A DNA stretch of 63,978 nt, filler included, from Octopus bimaculoides (taxonomy: Eukaryota), in the NCBI RefSeq assembly GCF_001194135.2. It is 5 parts of 4 records of this genome, joined end to end, with 100 filler letters (N's around TTAATTAATTAA, not from the genome) between each part and the next. Parts side by side here need not be neighbours in the genome. Positions count along the whole stretch, not along the records: positions 20,912 to 43,126 come from NC_068984.1; positions 43,227 to 56,906 come from NC_069004.1; 3 more parts are not named here. The stretch is one strand, 5' to 3'. The translations under genes and the position numbers were made by a program. Shown in pieces: positions 37,425 to 50,597 of the stretch. Each line of letters opens with the position of its first letter. Positions within the stretch are counted from its first letter, which is position 1. The notes under the pieces are model-generated. The model saw only the letters and a program-made list of their open reading frames with translations. It was not told the DNA's origin and made no database searches.

Positions 37425-37635
37425 AAGTTTCCTTCTCGAGTCATACCGACTCATAAAGGTTAGTTTCTCGATTTTCATGGCACGGATATCCGGTCCGTCG
37501 CAGAATTACTCATTTTTGCGTGCTGAGTAGACTGGAGCAGCGTGAAATGTAGTGTTTTGCTCAAGAACACAACGCGTCGTCCTGTCCAGTAATCGAAACC
37601 ACTGTCTTACGATCATGAGTCCGACATCCTAACCA
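37425..37635 (-). mobile_element. SINE family D-related copy (reverse)
   Basis: GCTGAGTAGACTGGAGCAGCG...TGCTCAAGAACACAACGCG...AATCGAAACC...CCTAACCAGTAAGCCACG. Confidence 0.75.
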
Positions 37636-37877
37636 GTAAGCCACGTGTCTCCACGCTACCTAAGGAAATGGGAACAGAAAGATAATTTCTCATAATTGTC
37701 AGGAAGTGAAATATGCATTATTTCGAGCTAGCAGAAAGACTGCCTTTCGGGTGCTTTTCTTGCTAGCCACTTGATAATATTTTCACATTGATATTTTCAG
37801 TCGCATATTTGTTTGATGTCTCTTGTTCAATTACAAAATTCTAATGTGATATTTGTGTAATAACGAAATCAAACCTG

Positions 37878-37917
<40 letters not shown>

Positions 37918-37940
37918 TTATATTACAAAGACAGTGAGAT

Positions 37941-38023
<83 letters not shown>

Positions 38024-38919
38024 AAGGGAGAGAAAGCATTGCAAACAATGAATTAAATAAGCATGAAATGAAAAAATTCGTATAAGTAAAAGTTCGTTAA
38101 AAACTATCTTGTACCGATTATTTAAATTTGTGAGCTTAAAGTATTCAATAATAAAAGGGTGTTCAGAAAGTAAATTTTCTTGAAAATTTCAGTTTATAAA
38201 AAATTTGACTTGCTTAGTAAATATTTCTTTCAGTAATTTATCGTAGTTGTAATATATCTCTAATTTAAACAAACTTCAAGGTAACCAAACTACGTTTAGC
38301 GTGCTTGAAGTAGCAGCGAGCACAGTTATTATGGTATGGTTTATAGCGTTCCAAACAGCCGTACCAACTAAGTCACTTTAAAAAAATTATAGCGGTATAT
38401 TGAGAAATTTTCATTTCATCAAAAATATTCAATTAACAAACTCCGGAAATTGATATAATCATAAGCCTCAATGTTATACAGTTATTTTGTCTAACAACAT
38501 TCATTTATTCAATAACTAATTTTTTTACATTACCTATATAGAGTAAACTGTGGATTTTGAAAATAGTGAATTAAAACTTGAAATTAAAAAATTGAAATGA
38601 ATATATATTAAATTATCATGAATGAAAGAGTGAGAGACTGTTGCAAATGAAAACAGATAATTTCGCCTGCAATGAATATTGCTTGTTAAACATTAAAATC
38701 TAGTCCGCAGTGAATGCAACGAATACTTAAATTTCGCAAAAACTTCAATAAATTGAAATTACAGGAAATTTCTTGGAACATGAATTCATACAAAAATTTC
38801 CAGACGGTCAAGCCTTTAATAATTGCTTTCTTTTAGTAACTGTTGCCTACCTAATTAATAAGCAGCTTTGTTCATTATAATATAGATTTGTCATCAGGAT
38901 CTAGAACCTCAGCACTCAC

Positions 38920-39090
38920 ATCTTAGAGGGAAGAGTTAATGAGGAACGACGAAGGGGAGACTGAGAAAACGTTGACTGGATGACATAAAAAAATGAACCG
39001 GAAGACCTTTGGTTGAATACACAACCGTGGCCAGAGGCGGAAATCGATGGAGTGAGATGGTGCATGAATCCATGAATTTCGACTCTCAGT
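38920..39090 (+). mobile_element. RTE-clade LINE extreme 3' end
   Basis: ILEGRVNEERRRG/RLRKR*LDDIKK*TGR...ARGGNRWSEMV matches G.R.RGRPR.RW.D.IK...A.DR..W. Confidence 0.6.
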
Positions 39091-39650
39091 AATGAGAATG
39101 GGAATTAAAAAGATAGACAAAATTGCAGTAAATAAAACTATAAGTAAATATAATTCAAATAATATTATAATTTCTATTATTTTGAATTTACAATATTAGA
39201 GACAGTATTACTTAACGCTAAATTTCAGTTACCATTAGAAATAGATATATAACATTTCTTGTCATAACATCAGTTTACGATGTTATATTTTGACATCTTT
39301 TCTTGTACACTTTATCTCTGGAATAGTTATAGTGAAAACATCCTTGATTTTTAGTTTCTACAATTCTATTTTAATTATTTTTTTGTTTTTTTGTGGTCAT
39401 AATTTTCTCTCAATGTCGTTGCCAAGTTTTGTATTTTAAGTGGCAATCAGTCGACGTCAGATTAGTTTACTCACATCACTAAAGTTCTTTCGAACGTTGT
39501 AAACATTAACAAACACCCTACTTGAAACAAGAAGCAAGATAACAGAAAGAGTGGAGCACCGAAATGAATGTACTGTAATACTTAATCTCGCTACTGTATT
39601 CTTTAATTTAAAGTTTTACAAGGACCAATATGCCTTTATTCCATTGGTGT

Positions 39651-39980
39651 GAAGGCGCGTGGCTTTGTGTGGCTTAGTGGTTAGGGTATTCAGTTCACGG
39701 TCATCAACTCGTGGCTTCGATTTCTGGCAGTGCGCTGTGTCCTTCAGCAAGACACTATTTCAGGTTTCTCCAGTCCACTCAGCTGGCAAAAATGTGTAGT
39801 ACCTGTAATTCAAAGGTCCGGCCTTATCACATTCTGTTTCACGCTGAATCTTCCTGAGAACTACGTTAAGGATACGCATGTCTGTAGAGTGCTCAGCCAC
39901 TTGCACGTTAATTTCACCAGCAGGCCATTCTGTTGATCGGATCAACTGGAACAATCGTCGTCGTTACCGACGGAGCGCCA
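39651..39980 (+). mobile_element. Full-length SINE family D (tRNA head plus CORE-like domain)
   Basis: GGCTTAGTGGTTAGGG A-box, GGCTTCGATTTC B-box, TGTGTCCTTCAGCAAGACAC CORE-like block, 3' end GACGGAGCGCCA. Confidence 0.85.
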
Positions 39981-40328
39981 ATTAATTCTAACAGAGTCAC
40001 TAACATAAATACTGGTACTATGATTTCTACAATATTTTAATAGAAATTTTATAACTGACTTAATTTACTTCAGTAATTTTGTAGTCCTTATTATGTCAAC
40101 AACAGGAAGAGGAAGTGTAAACGTAAACCCCCAACAGCATTCGAACTTCGATCGCAAAGAGACATATACACACAAACACCGAATAAAATATGTTCTTGAT
40201 TCTAGTGAAGATAAATCAACATTTTAATGAGCCACGAAAAAGAGACAACCGCAATCTCCTGCTAACTTAAATCCTTGATGCGATTCCATAATTAATTGAA
40301 GACGTCTGATTTCCCTTATATCACCAAT

Positions 40329-40366
40329 GAACGCCAAAATTTCCAAGCTTGGAAATTTTGGCGTTC
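40329..40366. repeat. Perfect 38-bp spacerless palindrome centred on AAGCTT
   Basis: GAACGCCAAAATTTCCAAG|CTTGGAAATTTTGGCGTTC. Confidence 0.97.
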
Positions 40367-40513
40367 TCCACACTCAAACAAGCTGATTTATTTATTCTTT
40401 GGACTTGGAAACAAAAAGAGAATAAATTAGGAGAAAAATTGGTGAATCATACACAGTATATTTCCGCAAAGAATATATATATTATGCATGTGTGTGTGTG
40501 TGTGAGTGTGTGT

Positions 40514-40564
<51 letters not shown>

Positions 40565-41240
40565 NNNNNNNNNNNNNNNNNNNNNNNNNNNNNNNNNNNN
40601 NNNNNNNNNNNNNNNNNNNNNNNNNNNNNNNNNNNNNNNNNNNNNNNNNNNNNNNNNNNNNNNNNNNNNNNNNNNNNNNNNNNNNNNNNNNNNNNNNNNN
40701 NNNNNNNNNNNNNNNNNNNNNNNNNNNNNNNNNNNNNNNNNNNNNNNNNNNNNNNNNNNNNNNNNNNNNNNNNNNNNNNNNNNNNNNNNNNNNNNNNNNN
40801 NNNNNNNNNNNNNNNNNNNNNNNNNNNNNNNNNNNNNNNNNNNNNNNNNNNNNNNNNNNNNNNNNNNNNNNNNNNNNNNNNNNNNNNNNNNNNNNNNNNN
40901 NNNNNNNNNNNNNNNNNNNNNNNNNNNNNNNNNNNNNNNNNNNNNNNNNNNNNNNNNNNNNNNNNNNNNNNNNNNNNNNNNNNNNNNNNNNNNNNNNNNN
41001 NNNNNNNNNNNNNNNNNNNNNNNNNNNNNNNNNNNNNNNNNNNNNNNNNNNNNNNNNNNNNNNNNNNNNNNNNNNNNNNNNNNNNNNNNNNNNNNNNNNN
41101 NNNNNNNNNNNNNNNNNNNNNNNNNNNNNNNNNNNNNNNNNNNNNNNNNNNNNNNNNNNNNNNNNNNNNNNNNNNNNNNNNNNNNNNNNNNNNNNNNNNN
41201 NNNNNNNNNNNNNNNNNNNNNNNNNNNNNNNNNNNNNNNN

Positions 41241-41297
<57 letters not shown>

Positions 41298-41873
41298 CGG
41301 ATGCGACGCAATAAAATGGATATAGATATCGTAGCAAATAAAGAAAACGAAAGACTTAGACAATCTATTACTAGACAGTTTGCAAAATTATTTTTCGGAT
41401 GATTTATTTATTATTTATGCCTAGACATAACACTTATGGCTATATTCAGAAGTAGAATATATAAATGTTACATTAATTTGAGAGACAAATCTATCTCACA
41501 GTCGCCTTTATGATGACGCATTTGCATTTAACATTGTCAAATATAAAAATTACTATGACAACCTGTAGAAAAAAATAAACGAAATTTCTTTCACTTTCTT
41601 CTGATGTTTACACCTACATACGTACAGGATGTGGATGGTGGATTCTGTTGAGAAAAAAACAAAAAAAGAAATTCTAGTGTTTCATGTTTTGATTTCTTTT
41701 GAAGCTTTTTGTTTGAAAACTATATTTTATATAACTTTTAAAAGCGAAAAGTCATAATCACCACAACATATATTCAGTATTCATTTTTATAGGATCCAGA
41801 ATGTAATAGGTGAACATATTTGATTAAAAAGATATCATAAGATCTACTGTATCGCAGTATAAGTATTTTAGCT

Positions 41874-42270
41874 AGGCGTGGCTGTGTGTTAAGGAGCTTG
41901 CTTCCCAACCACATGGTTCCGTGTTCAGTCCCACTGCGTGATACCCTGGACAAGTGTCTTCTACTATAGGCTCGGGCTGACCAAAGCCTTGTCAGTGAAT
42001 GTGGCAGACGGAAACTGAAAGAAGCCCGTCGTATATATATATATATGTCTATAGTTGTGTGTGTGTGTGTGTCTATGTTTGTCCCCCCACCATCGTTTGT
42101 CAACCAATGTTGATGTGTTTACGCCCCCCCCGCAACTTAGCGGTTCGGTAAAAAAGACCGACAGATTAAGTACTAAGCTTATAAAGAATAAGTCCTGTGA
42201 TTGATTTGTTCGACTAAAAGCGGTGCTCCAGCATGACCGCAGTCAAATGAATGAAACAAGTAAAAGAATA
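41874..42270 (+). mobile_element. Full-length SINE family B (tRNA head, CORE-like domain, internal microsatellite)
   Basis: GGCTGTGTGTTAAG...GTGTTCAGTCCC...CCCTGGACAAGTGTC...(TA)(TG)n...GCGGTGCTCCAGCATGACCGCAGTC. Further fragments at 43000-43126(-), 51380-51445(+), 52960-53125(-), 59700-59760(+), 61010-61150(+). Confidence 0.88.
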
Positions 42271-42518
42271 CACAAACAGATGTATTATAAATATACTTGT
42301 GTCTATAAGCGTATACATGCGTATGTGCGTTTGTGTGTAAGTGTGTGAGTGCGTACGAATGTATTATGTGTGTGTATGTGAATTAGTAGTGACAATGCGT
42401 AAATATGGCTAAAAGAAAGATGGTCAATGCGAATATTAAAGAATATTACTTCCTTATTCGTTACCCCGATCGGGAACGATAATCTGGTGGGTAACAATAG
42501 GTGAAGAGTCTTGCTTTT

Positions 42519-42581
<63 letters not shown>

Positions 42582-42946
42582 ATATGATGGCAATTGCATA
42601 TTTCATAGCAATATCTACAAATATAAAAGTTAGATTTATAGAGAATACAATGGGGTACTTACACCTTCCGCTGAGAGCGACTTTTGACAAATTCATTGGA
42701 GTCTGCTATGTCACACATCAACAACATCATGTGCATTTATTGCTTATGAATGTGGTTACGGCATAAACCATGGTGCATCCGAAACAGCTGTCAAGATAAG
42801 ACTGTTACATAACTTCTTTTGTTTACTTTATTCTGTACTCTGTATATTGTATTCCATATAAATAGATGAATTAAGTCTACTAGTGGTTTCCACCTCCATT
42901 TTTATTACGGCAATAATAGTTGGACAAAAATCGTTCTTAATCTATA

Positions 42947-42984
<38 letters not shown>

Positions 42985-43283
42985 ATATATATATATATAT
43001 TCTTTTATTCTTTTACCTGTTTCAGTTATTTGACTGCGGCCATGCTTGAGCACCGCCCTTAGTCGAGTAAATCGACCCCAGGACTTATTCTTTATAAGCC
43101 TAGTACTTATTCTATCGGTCTCTTTTNNNNNNNNNNNNNNNNNNNNNNNNNNNNNNNNNNNNNNNNNNNNTTAATTAATTAANNNNNNNNNNNNNNNNNN
43201 NNNNNNNNNNNNNNNNNNNNNNNNNNAATACCACTAAGCATTTCGCCCGGCGTGCTTAACGATTCTGTCAGCACGCCGCCTTC

Positions 43284-43347
<64 letters not shown>

Positions 43348-43361
43348 CAACAACAACAACG

Positions 43362-43392
<31 letters not shown>

Positions 43393-43438
43393 TGATGTTG
43401 ATGATGATGATGGTGACGATGATGATGACGACGACGAC

Positions 43439-43504
<66 letters not shown>

Positions 43505-43509
43505 AAGAA
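43284..43509. repeat. Compound trinucleotide microsatellite AAT-AAC-GAC-GAT-GAC-AAT-AAG
   Basis: Direct observation; it abuts the 5' head of a reverse SINE A copy at 43227-43282. Confidence 0.95.
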
Positions 43510-44828
43510 AAAGACATGATAAACCAAAGTTATATGAACTGATTAAGAAATAAGGTGAATGGAAGGGAAGATAAGAATAAATAAAAGGGAAAATGAATAA
43601 ATAAATAGTGAAATGAATAAACGCATAAATGATAGAAAGTTTAATGGATTTGTCTCCGGAACCATGCGTCTATTTGGAGTCTACTCTTGTGGTATTGGAA
43701 TTGGTTGGACTCGCAATTTAGTATGGACGATGTAATTTGTTGTTCCTGTGTTTTATTTAGAATTAATGGTCAAAGATTTTCGCCAATCTTCAATGAAATG
43801 CAAACCGCTAGTAGAAGCATTTATCATGCTCTCCCACCCTGTCAGACACACAGACAAAGGCATTCTTCAAGCTAGAATGTTTCTAGCTTGTTATTTCGGT
43901 TAAAATATGCTTCTTGCCTAGTAATAGATAAATAAATAAATTGGGACATTATTTAAAAGGAATTAGAATGCTTCAGAAAGTTTTCGATCTAGAAATAAGT
44001 ATGAATTCCCTAGCTCTGATTATAAATAGGTGGACCTGGACGTGAATATCAGTGAGAGCGGGGTTGCATTCAGACAGGAGTTGCAGTCCGAGTTTCTTTA
44101 AACGTATTCCAAGGAATTTCTATTAAAAAGTTCCTAAAAACATTTCGCCTCTTAATGTTGGCGGATGGTTGGAATGATATCTTGGATATACGCAAAAATT
44201 GTATGGGAGCAACCGATACATAAGGGAGTTGCAGACGCCTTTCAAACCAGTTGTCTGCTAGGTATCACATAGATTTTTTTAACGCGTCAATGTGGACTTC
44301 GTTAAACCGCAGCAAGTCATTCAGGTCGTACTTAAATGAAGTTATTGTTAGTTTAGCCGATGTACGTTAGTGGACTGTAGATGGTGAATTTCCTTTTCTT
44401 TCTAACCGTAACCATCCACCTTTTCTTATCACTCATAACATCTCTAAGACCACATAATCTAAAATGCCTTCCGTTTTATTTTTTAAAGATAGTATGGTGT
44501 GATTTTGCTGCTGAACGAAACAGGTGAAGAGATGGTATACCTGTTCTCTCATTAGCTTGTTGTGTAATCTCTTGTATTTCTGTAATACAAGATGGCTGAA
44601 CATCGTGACTTTAAATCTTCTGCTGACATAGCGTTCCCTTTTGAGAACAGCGCATTAAATCCTATGTTCATCATCAATCACCTTTGTTATGGCGAATAGT
44701 TGATTTAAACCACAGTAAGGCTCTGACAAAGTTGAAGTCCGTGCCGTAGACATCAGATCTTCCGAGAAAGTTACCAAAGAAAGGAACAGAGGAAGTAATA
44801 AAGAAAGAGAAAGAGAGGATGGGAGAGA

Positions 44829-44873
<45 letters not shown>

Positions 44874-46451
44874 GATAAATAGGATGCCATTTTATTAGGT
44901 GTAGAATATTTATCTTTGTCTTTTATCATTCTCTTGCTATTGCTAAATGAGTTAAGCGACCTTCATCGTAATCTCTTTCTTCACAATCGTCTGTTTTATA
45001 TGCGTGTTTAGTTCTTCCATGTTTGTTTTGTAGCTCGATGTATGTTTTTATTTCTTTTTTTCTTTCTGTATACCCTTCCCATAATTTTAAAATTACTTTG
45101 CAATTGTATGCGTATATATATACACACATACTTTGCAACTCATTTTCACATACACCCTCAGCCACATTTTGGTTATATGTGAACGTGTGTATGAATATAC
45201 ATGTACACACACACACACACATATATTTATCTATTTACTCATTCATTCTGTCTCAATATATATATATATATATANNNNNNNNNNNNNNNNNNNNNNNNNN
45301 NNNNNNNNNNNNNNNNNNNNNNNNNNNNNNNNNNNNNNNNNNNNNNNNNNNNNNNNNNNNNNNNNNNNNNNNNNNNNNNNNNNNNNNNNNNNNNNNNNNN
45401 NNNNNNNNNNNNNNNNNNNNNNNNNNNNNNNNNNNNNNNNNNNNNNNNNNNNNNNNNNNNNNNNNNNNNNNNNNNNNNNNNNNNNNNNNNNNNNNNNNNN
45501 NNNNNNNNNNNNNNNNNNNNNNNNNNNNNNNNNNNNNNNNNNNNNNNNNNNNNNNNNNNNNNNNNNNNNNNNNNNNNNNNNNNNNNNNNNNNNNNNNNNN
45601 NNNNNNNNNNNNNNNNNNNNNNNNNNNNNNNNNNNNNNNNNNNNNNNNNNNNNNNNNNNNNNNNNNNNNNNNNNNNNNNNNNNNNNNNNNNNNNNNNNNN
45701 NNNNNNNNNNNNNNNNNNNNNNNNNNNNNNNNNNNNNNNNNNNNNNNNNNNNNNNNNNNNNNNNNNNNNNNNNNNNNNNNNNNNNNNNNNNNNNNNNNNN
45801 NNNNNNNNNNNNNNNNNNNNNNNNNNNNNNNNNNNNNNNNNNNNNNNNNNNNNNNNNNNNNNNNNNNNNNNNNNNNNNNNNNNNNNNNNNNNNNNNNNNN
45901 NNNNNNNNNNNNNNNNNNNNNNNNNNNNNNNNNNNNNNNNNNNNNNNNNNNNNNNNNNNNNNNNNNNNNNNNNNNNNNNNNNNNNNNNNNNNNNNNNNNN
46001 NNNNNNNNNNNNNNNNNNNNNNNNNNNNNNNNNNNNNNNNNNNNNNNNNNNNNNNNNNNNNNNNNNNNNNNNNNNNNNNNNNNNNNNNNNNNNNNNNNNN
46101 NNNNNNNNNNNNNNNNNNNNNNNNNNNNNNNNNNNNNNNNNNNNNNNNNNNNNNNNNNNNNNNNNNNNNNNNNNNNNNNNNNNNNNTATATATATGGTCT
46201 CAGAATGTACGCACGATAGAAAGAGAGCCGGAGAGAGTGTGTGTAAAAACGAATGAAAGTTAGAGAGAGTTAGAGAGAGGGGAAAGAGAGAGAGACTGAC
46301 TGATAGACGTACAGACAGAGAGAGATAGACATAAAGACATAGATAGATAGATTTGAGAGAATATATAAATATTCTGGAAGGGACCAACCGATATTAAAAA
46401 AACTTGCAATTGAGAAGAGGAGGTAAATAAAGTAAATATATTTTATGTGTA

Positions 46452-46483
<32 letters not shown>

Positions 46484-46501
46484 TACACACAAATACACAC
46501 G

Positions 46502-46532
<31 letters not shown>

Positions 46533-48713
46533 GTGTGTGTTAGAATATCAACACACACATTCATTGAGGCGGAATAAATTTCTTTTATCTTGGGATAATT
46601 TTAACTTCCCCCACCGACCTTTACCCTTCCCCCCTCCAACTCTATGCCCTGTTATTACTTTCAAATAGCCAACAATCTTAGATCTTAATGAGCCTAAATA
46701 TCAAATAGAATTAAAGACGATATGCAATTAAAAAAATGCTCTTCTTAGCCTCGGGAAGAAGAAATCCTTTAAACGTTCGTTTGTGCTGCTTTTGTCACGA
46801 GGAATACTTCTTGGATTCACATTTTCTTTGATCTCTGCTATTTTCCACGGAATTTTGGGCGGTGAAGTAGGGTGGAGGATGGTAGGGGTGGGNNNNNNNN
46901 NNNNNNNNNNNNNNNNNNNNNNNNNNNNNNNNNNNNNNNNNNNNNNNNNNNNNNNNNNNNNNNNNNNNNNNNNNNNNNNNNNNNNNNNNNNNNNNNNNNN
47001 NNNNNNNNNNNNNNNNNNNNNNNNNNNNNNNNNNNNNNNNNNNNNNNNNNNNNNNNNNNNNNNNNNNNNNNNNNNNNNNNNNNNNNNNNNNNNNNNNNNN
47101 NNNNNNNNNNNNNNNNNNNNNNNNNNNNNNNNNNNNNNNNNNNNNNNNNNNNNNNNNNNNNNNNNNNNNNNNNNNNNNNNNNNNNNNNNNNNNNNNNNNN
47201 NNNNNNNNNNNNNNNNNNNNNNNNNNNNNNNNNNNNNNNNNNNNNNNNNNNNNNNNNNNNNNNNNNNNNNNNNNNNNNNNNNNNNNNNNNNNNNNNNNNN
47301 NNNNNNNNNNNNNNNNNNNNNNNNNNNNNNNNNNNNNNNNNNNNNNNNNNNNNNNNNNNNNNNNNNNNNNNNNNNNNNNNNNNNNNNNNNNNNNNNNNNN
47401 NNNNNNNNNNNNNNNNNNNNNNNNNNNNNNNNNNNNNNNNNNNNNNNNNNNNNNNNNNNNNNNNNNNNNNNNNNNNNNNNNNNNNNNNNNNNNNNNNNNN
47501 NNNNNNNNNNNNNNNNNNTAGTGAATAGGAAATCGGTGAATCTTATTCCAGAAGATCCCAAATCCCCAAAGTTAGTCCCACCTTCCAGTTGCGCTCTTTG
47601 GCTGGTTGAATTCACCGACGCTGTTCTCGCTACTTTTACCCATCTGCTTTTCTAGAGATTTACTGGAAAGTACCACTTCACTCTCTCTCCCCTCATCTTT
47701 CTCTTTAAGTGGTACTTGAAAAAAAAAAAGGGCTGTGGAGGGCTTGGTCGAAGCGAAATACGAGAGGAAGGGAATGGATATCAGAGCATATATCGCTGGA
47801 GGCAAATATCATTCGATATTGTTACTTTACGGCTCTGGAAAATATCCGTTGAAGAAAATCAAAAACAACTGATGAAAACGTTGAAAGATGTCTGTGTAAG
47901 TAAGACATTAACTTTGTCTAATATGAGTAATGTATTGCAAATGTTTGCACCCGTCGTCGTTTAACAAGCATATGTAAACACACAAATCAAAGCATCAATC
48001 CCCAAAATAACATACAATGTAAATGAAAGTAGCAACATTCGGCCGAAGGTTAAAATGAGAAGAAGAATGCCTCCTTTGAATTTGATGCCGAAAGCATACG
48101 AAACATGGAGCGTGCTGTATTCTGTATCGCCTCGAACAAATATGCTGGTGCCCAACGAAAAGAGTTCCAATCGAATTAGGTCTGGGTCTTAGTCCTTGAA
48201 TTCAATAAGTAAAGCAGAAAAGATATAATTGCACAAGAAACGTATAGGTCTTTATACTATTTTCATATTTTGCAGTCATAGTATTCAAACAATAAGCCTG
48301 TCGCAACGTAGACATAATAGCGAGAGAAGAAATAGTTAGAAAGGAAACTTATCACGTCTTTAGAATTTCTTGTATCGAAACACAAGTAAAAAACAAAAAG
48401 AAAAGAAAAAGCTTAGAAAACAAATAAATATACAGAAAAATGGAGAGAAAATAAAGAAAATAACCGTAACGAAATCAAGAACGAAAAAATATTGACAAGA
48501 GAGGAAGGAAGAGAGGGGGGTGGAGAAGTACTATAGTAAATATAGCATTAAAAAAAAATAATAAACAAACAGAAATACCAGAAATCAAAGGAAATTCAAG
48601 GCTAAAGATCCACATTAAAACACAACGAATCCGTTATTAAGAAAAACGATAACAATTCTTTAAAAAAACAAAAAAACAGCCCGATTCCAATCCAAAACGA
48701 TTTTATCGAGAGG

Positions 48714-48748
<35 letters not shown>

Positions 48749-49640
48749 AGAAGAAGAAGAAGAAGAAGAAGAAGAAGAAGAAGAAGAAGAAGAAGAAGAT
48801 GATGATGATGAAGAAGAAGAAATTGATGATGAGGAGGAAGAAAAAGTGAAGGAGCATCCATCGTTCTTTATCACGGTGTCAAATCCGAAACCAAAAGATT
48901 TTTGATTAAAGGTATTCTAAGCGTGACCATCCCGTTTATTGTTTAGTTTTTCTCAAGCATAATTATATCAACAGCTACATCATGATCTAACAGACTCCTC
49001 TCTCCCTCCTTAGCAGACCGTATTGTGTGATTTAAGGGAACGTTTGGTGGCCATTTCTAGCAGAGCGGGACACCATCAGGACCCTTCCTTTGGCTCTGGG
49101 CCACACGATTGGCCCAACTCGTGAACCTTCTCTAGACCTTCGACTCCTGTTATTTGTCTTTGATACAAACTAGGGTCAGATATTCACCCCTAAACATTTT
49201 CAAACATTCAGTTACCGCCATATTTAAGGGCCACGATTTTAGTTTTTTTTTTTTTGCATAGCTTATTTATATATTTATTTGTTGTATTTATCTATTATAT
49301 TTTGTGATTTTTTCTTTTTGTTTCCGTATTTTTCTCTCAATTTCTTTCTCTTTTATTCCACTTTATTAGCTGTCTTCCCCCACCACCACCACTTTCCTCT
49401 TTTTCGATCACTCTGTACACATACACACACACACGCAAACACATATACACCTACACACATTATACTACATAATTACCTATTATATATATTTTTCATTATG
49501 TCTCCCTCTTCCTCTCTCTCTCTCTCTTCTCTCTTTTTCTCTATCTCTTCCTCCTCTTTTTCTGTATACACACATATATGTGTGTATGTGTAAATAAAGA
49601 CATATTTGTATACAAATATTTAGATATATATACATATATA

Positions 49641-49671
<31 letters not shown>

Positions 49672-49942
49672 GATACCCATCCACGCACACACCCATTTTT
49701 ACGCTGTATCTTAAAGTCGCTACAGGCTGATCTAATTTCCTTTTATCTGAAAGCTAACATTAAAGCAAAGCCGACATACAAACACCACTCTTCACTACAT
49801 TCAACAGTTTCGCTTCTTTCTCTTTTTCTTCTTCCTCTTCCTCTTACCCCCTCCTCTTCCACTACTTGTTACTTATTTTTTTTGTATTGTTGTTGCTGTT
49901 GTGATCTGTGTTGATGTTATCATCGTCGCCGATCTCGTCGTC

Positions 49943-49978
<36 letters not shown>

Positions 49979-50099
49979 TTATTGTTATTATTATGGGCTG
50001 GAGGTAGTTTTTTTTTTTTCACGTTTCCAATCATTTGCCCTTGTGACAAAAAATAAAGAAGTTATTTGTATTATCCAATGCCATTTCGTCCATTTTTAT

Positions 50100-50555
50100 G
50101 TCCTCACTTCAAATTCCGGCGAGATCGACTTTGCCTCTCATCTTTTCGAGATCGATAAAATATGTACAAAATTATGATCCATTTCGAGGCAATGAACTGG
50201 CAGAAATACTAACATGCCGGACAAAATGTTTAGCAACATTTGTTCCGACTCATTACGTTCTAAGTTCAAATCCTGCCTAGACCAACTTTTCCGTCCATCC
50301 TTTAAGTCGATAAATCAAGTACATGTTAAGCACTGATGTCGATGTAATGGAGTGGCCCCACCCCTCAAATCTGGGGACTTTGAAAAGAATTATAATTCAC
50401 TTCAAAGGCGACAAACTCACAGAATCGTTTAAGGTGTCGGATAAAATGTCTTGCAGCATTTGTTCCGGCTCTTTACGTTCTGTTTTCAAATCTCACTTCG
50501 GTCAACTTTGCCTTTCATCACTCCAAGGTCGATGAACTAAAGTACCGGTCATGTA
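50100..50555 (+). mobile_element. Cluster of three partial or full SINE family A copies
   Basis: TTCAAAT...CGACTTTGCCT...ATC blocks recur at ~50110, ~50265 and ~50490. Another copy lies at 50993-51210. Confidence 0.8.
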
Positions 50556-50558
50556 CTT

Positions 50559-50597
<39 letters not shown>

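Noticed and set aside
40427-47655. Long ORFs of 260-398 aa in the ORF track
   Set aside because: Made of N runs flanked by (CA)n or (TA)n; no information content.
47716-48190. Coding-like frames on both strands (plus 82 aa and 75 aa separated by one stop; minus 69-aa hydrophobic ORF)
   Set aside because: Interrupted by stops, no motif recognised and no convincing splice boundaries.
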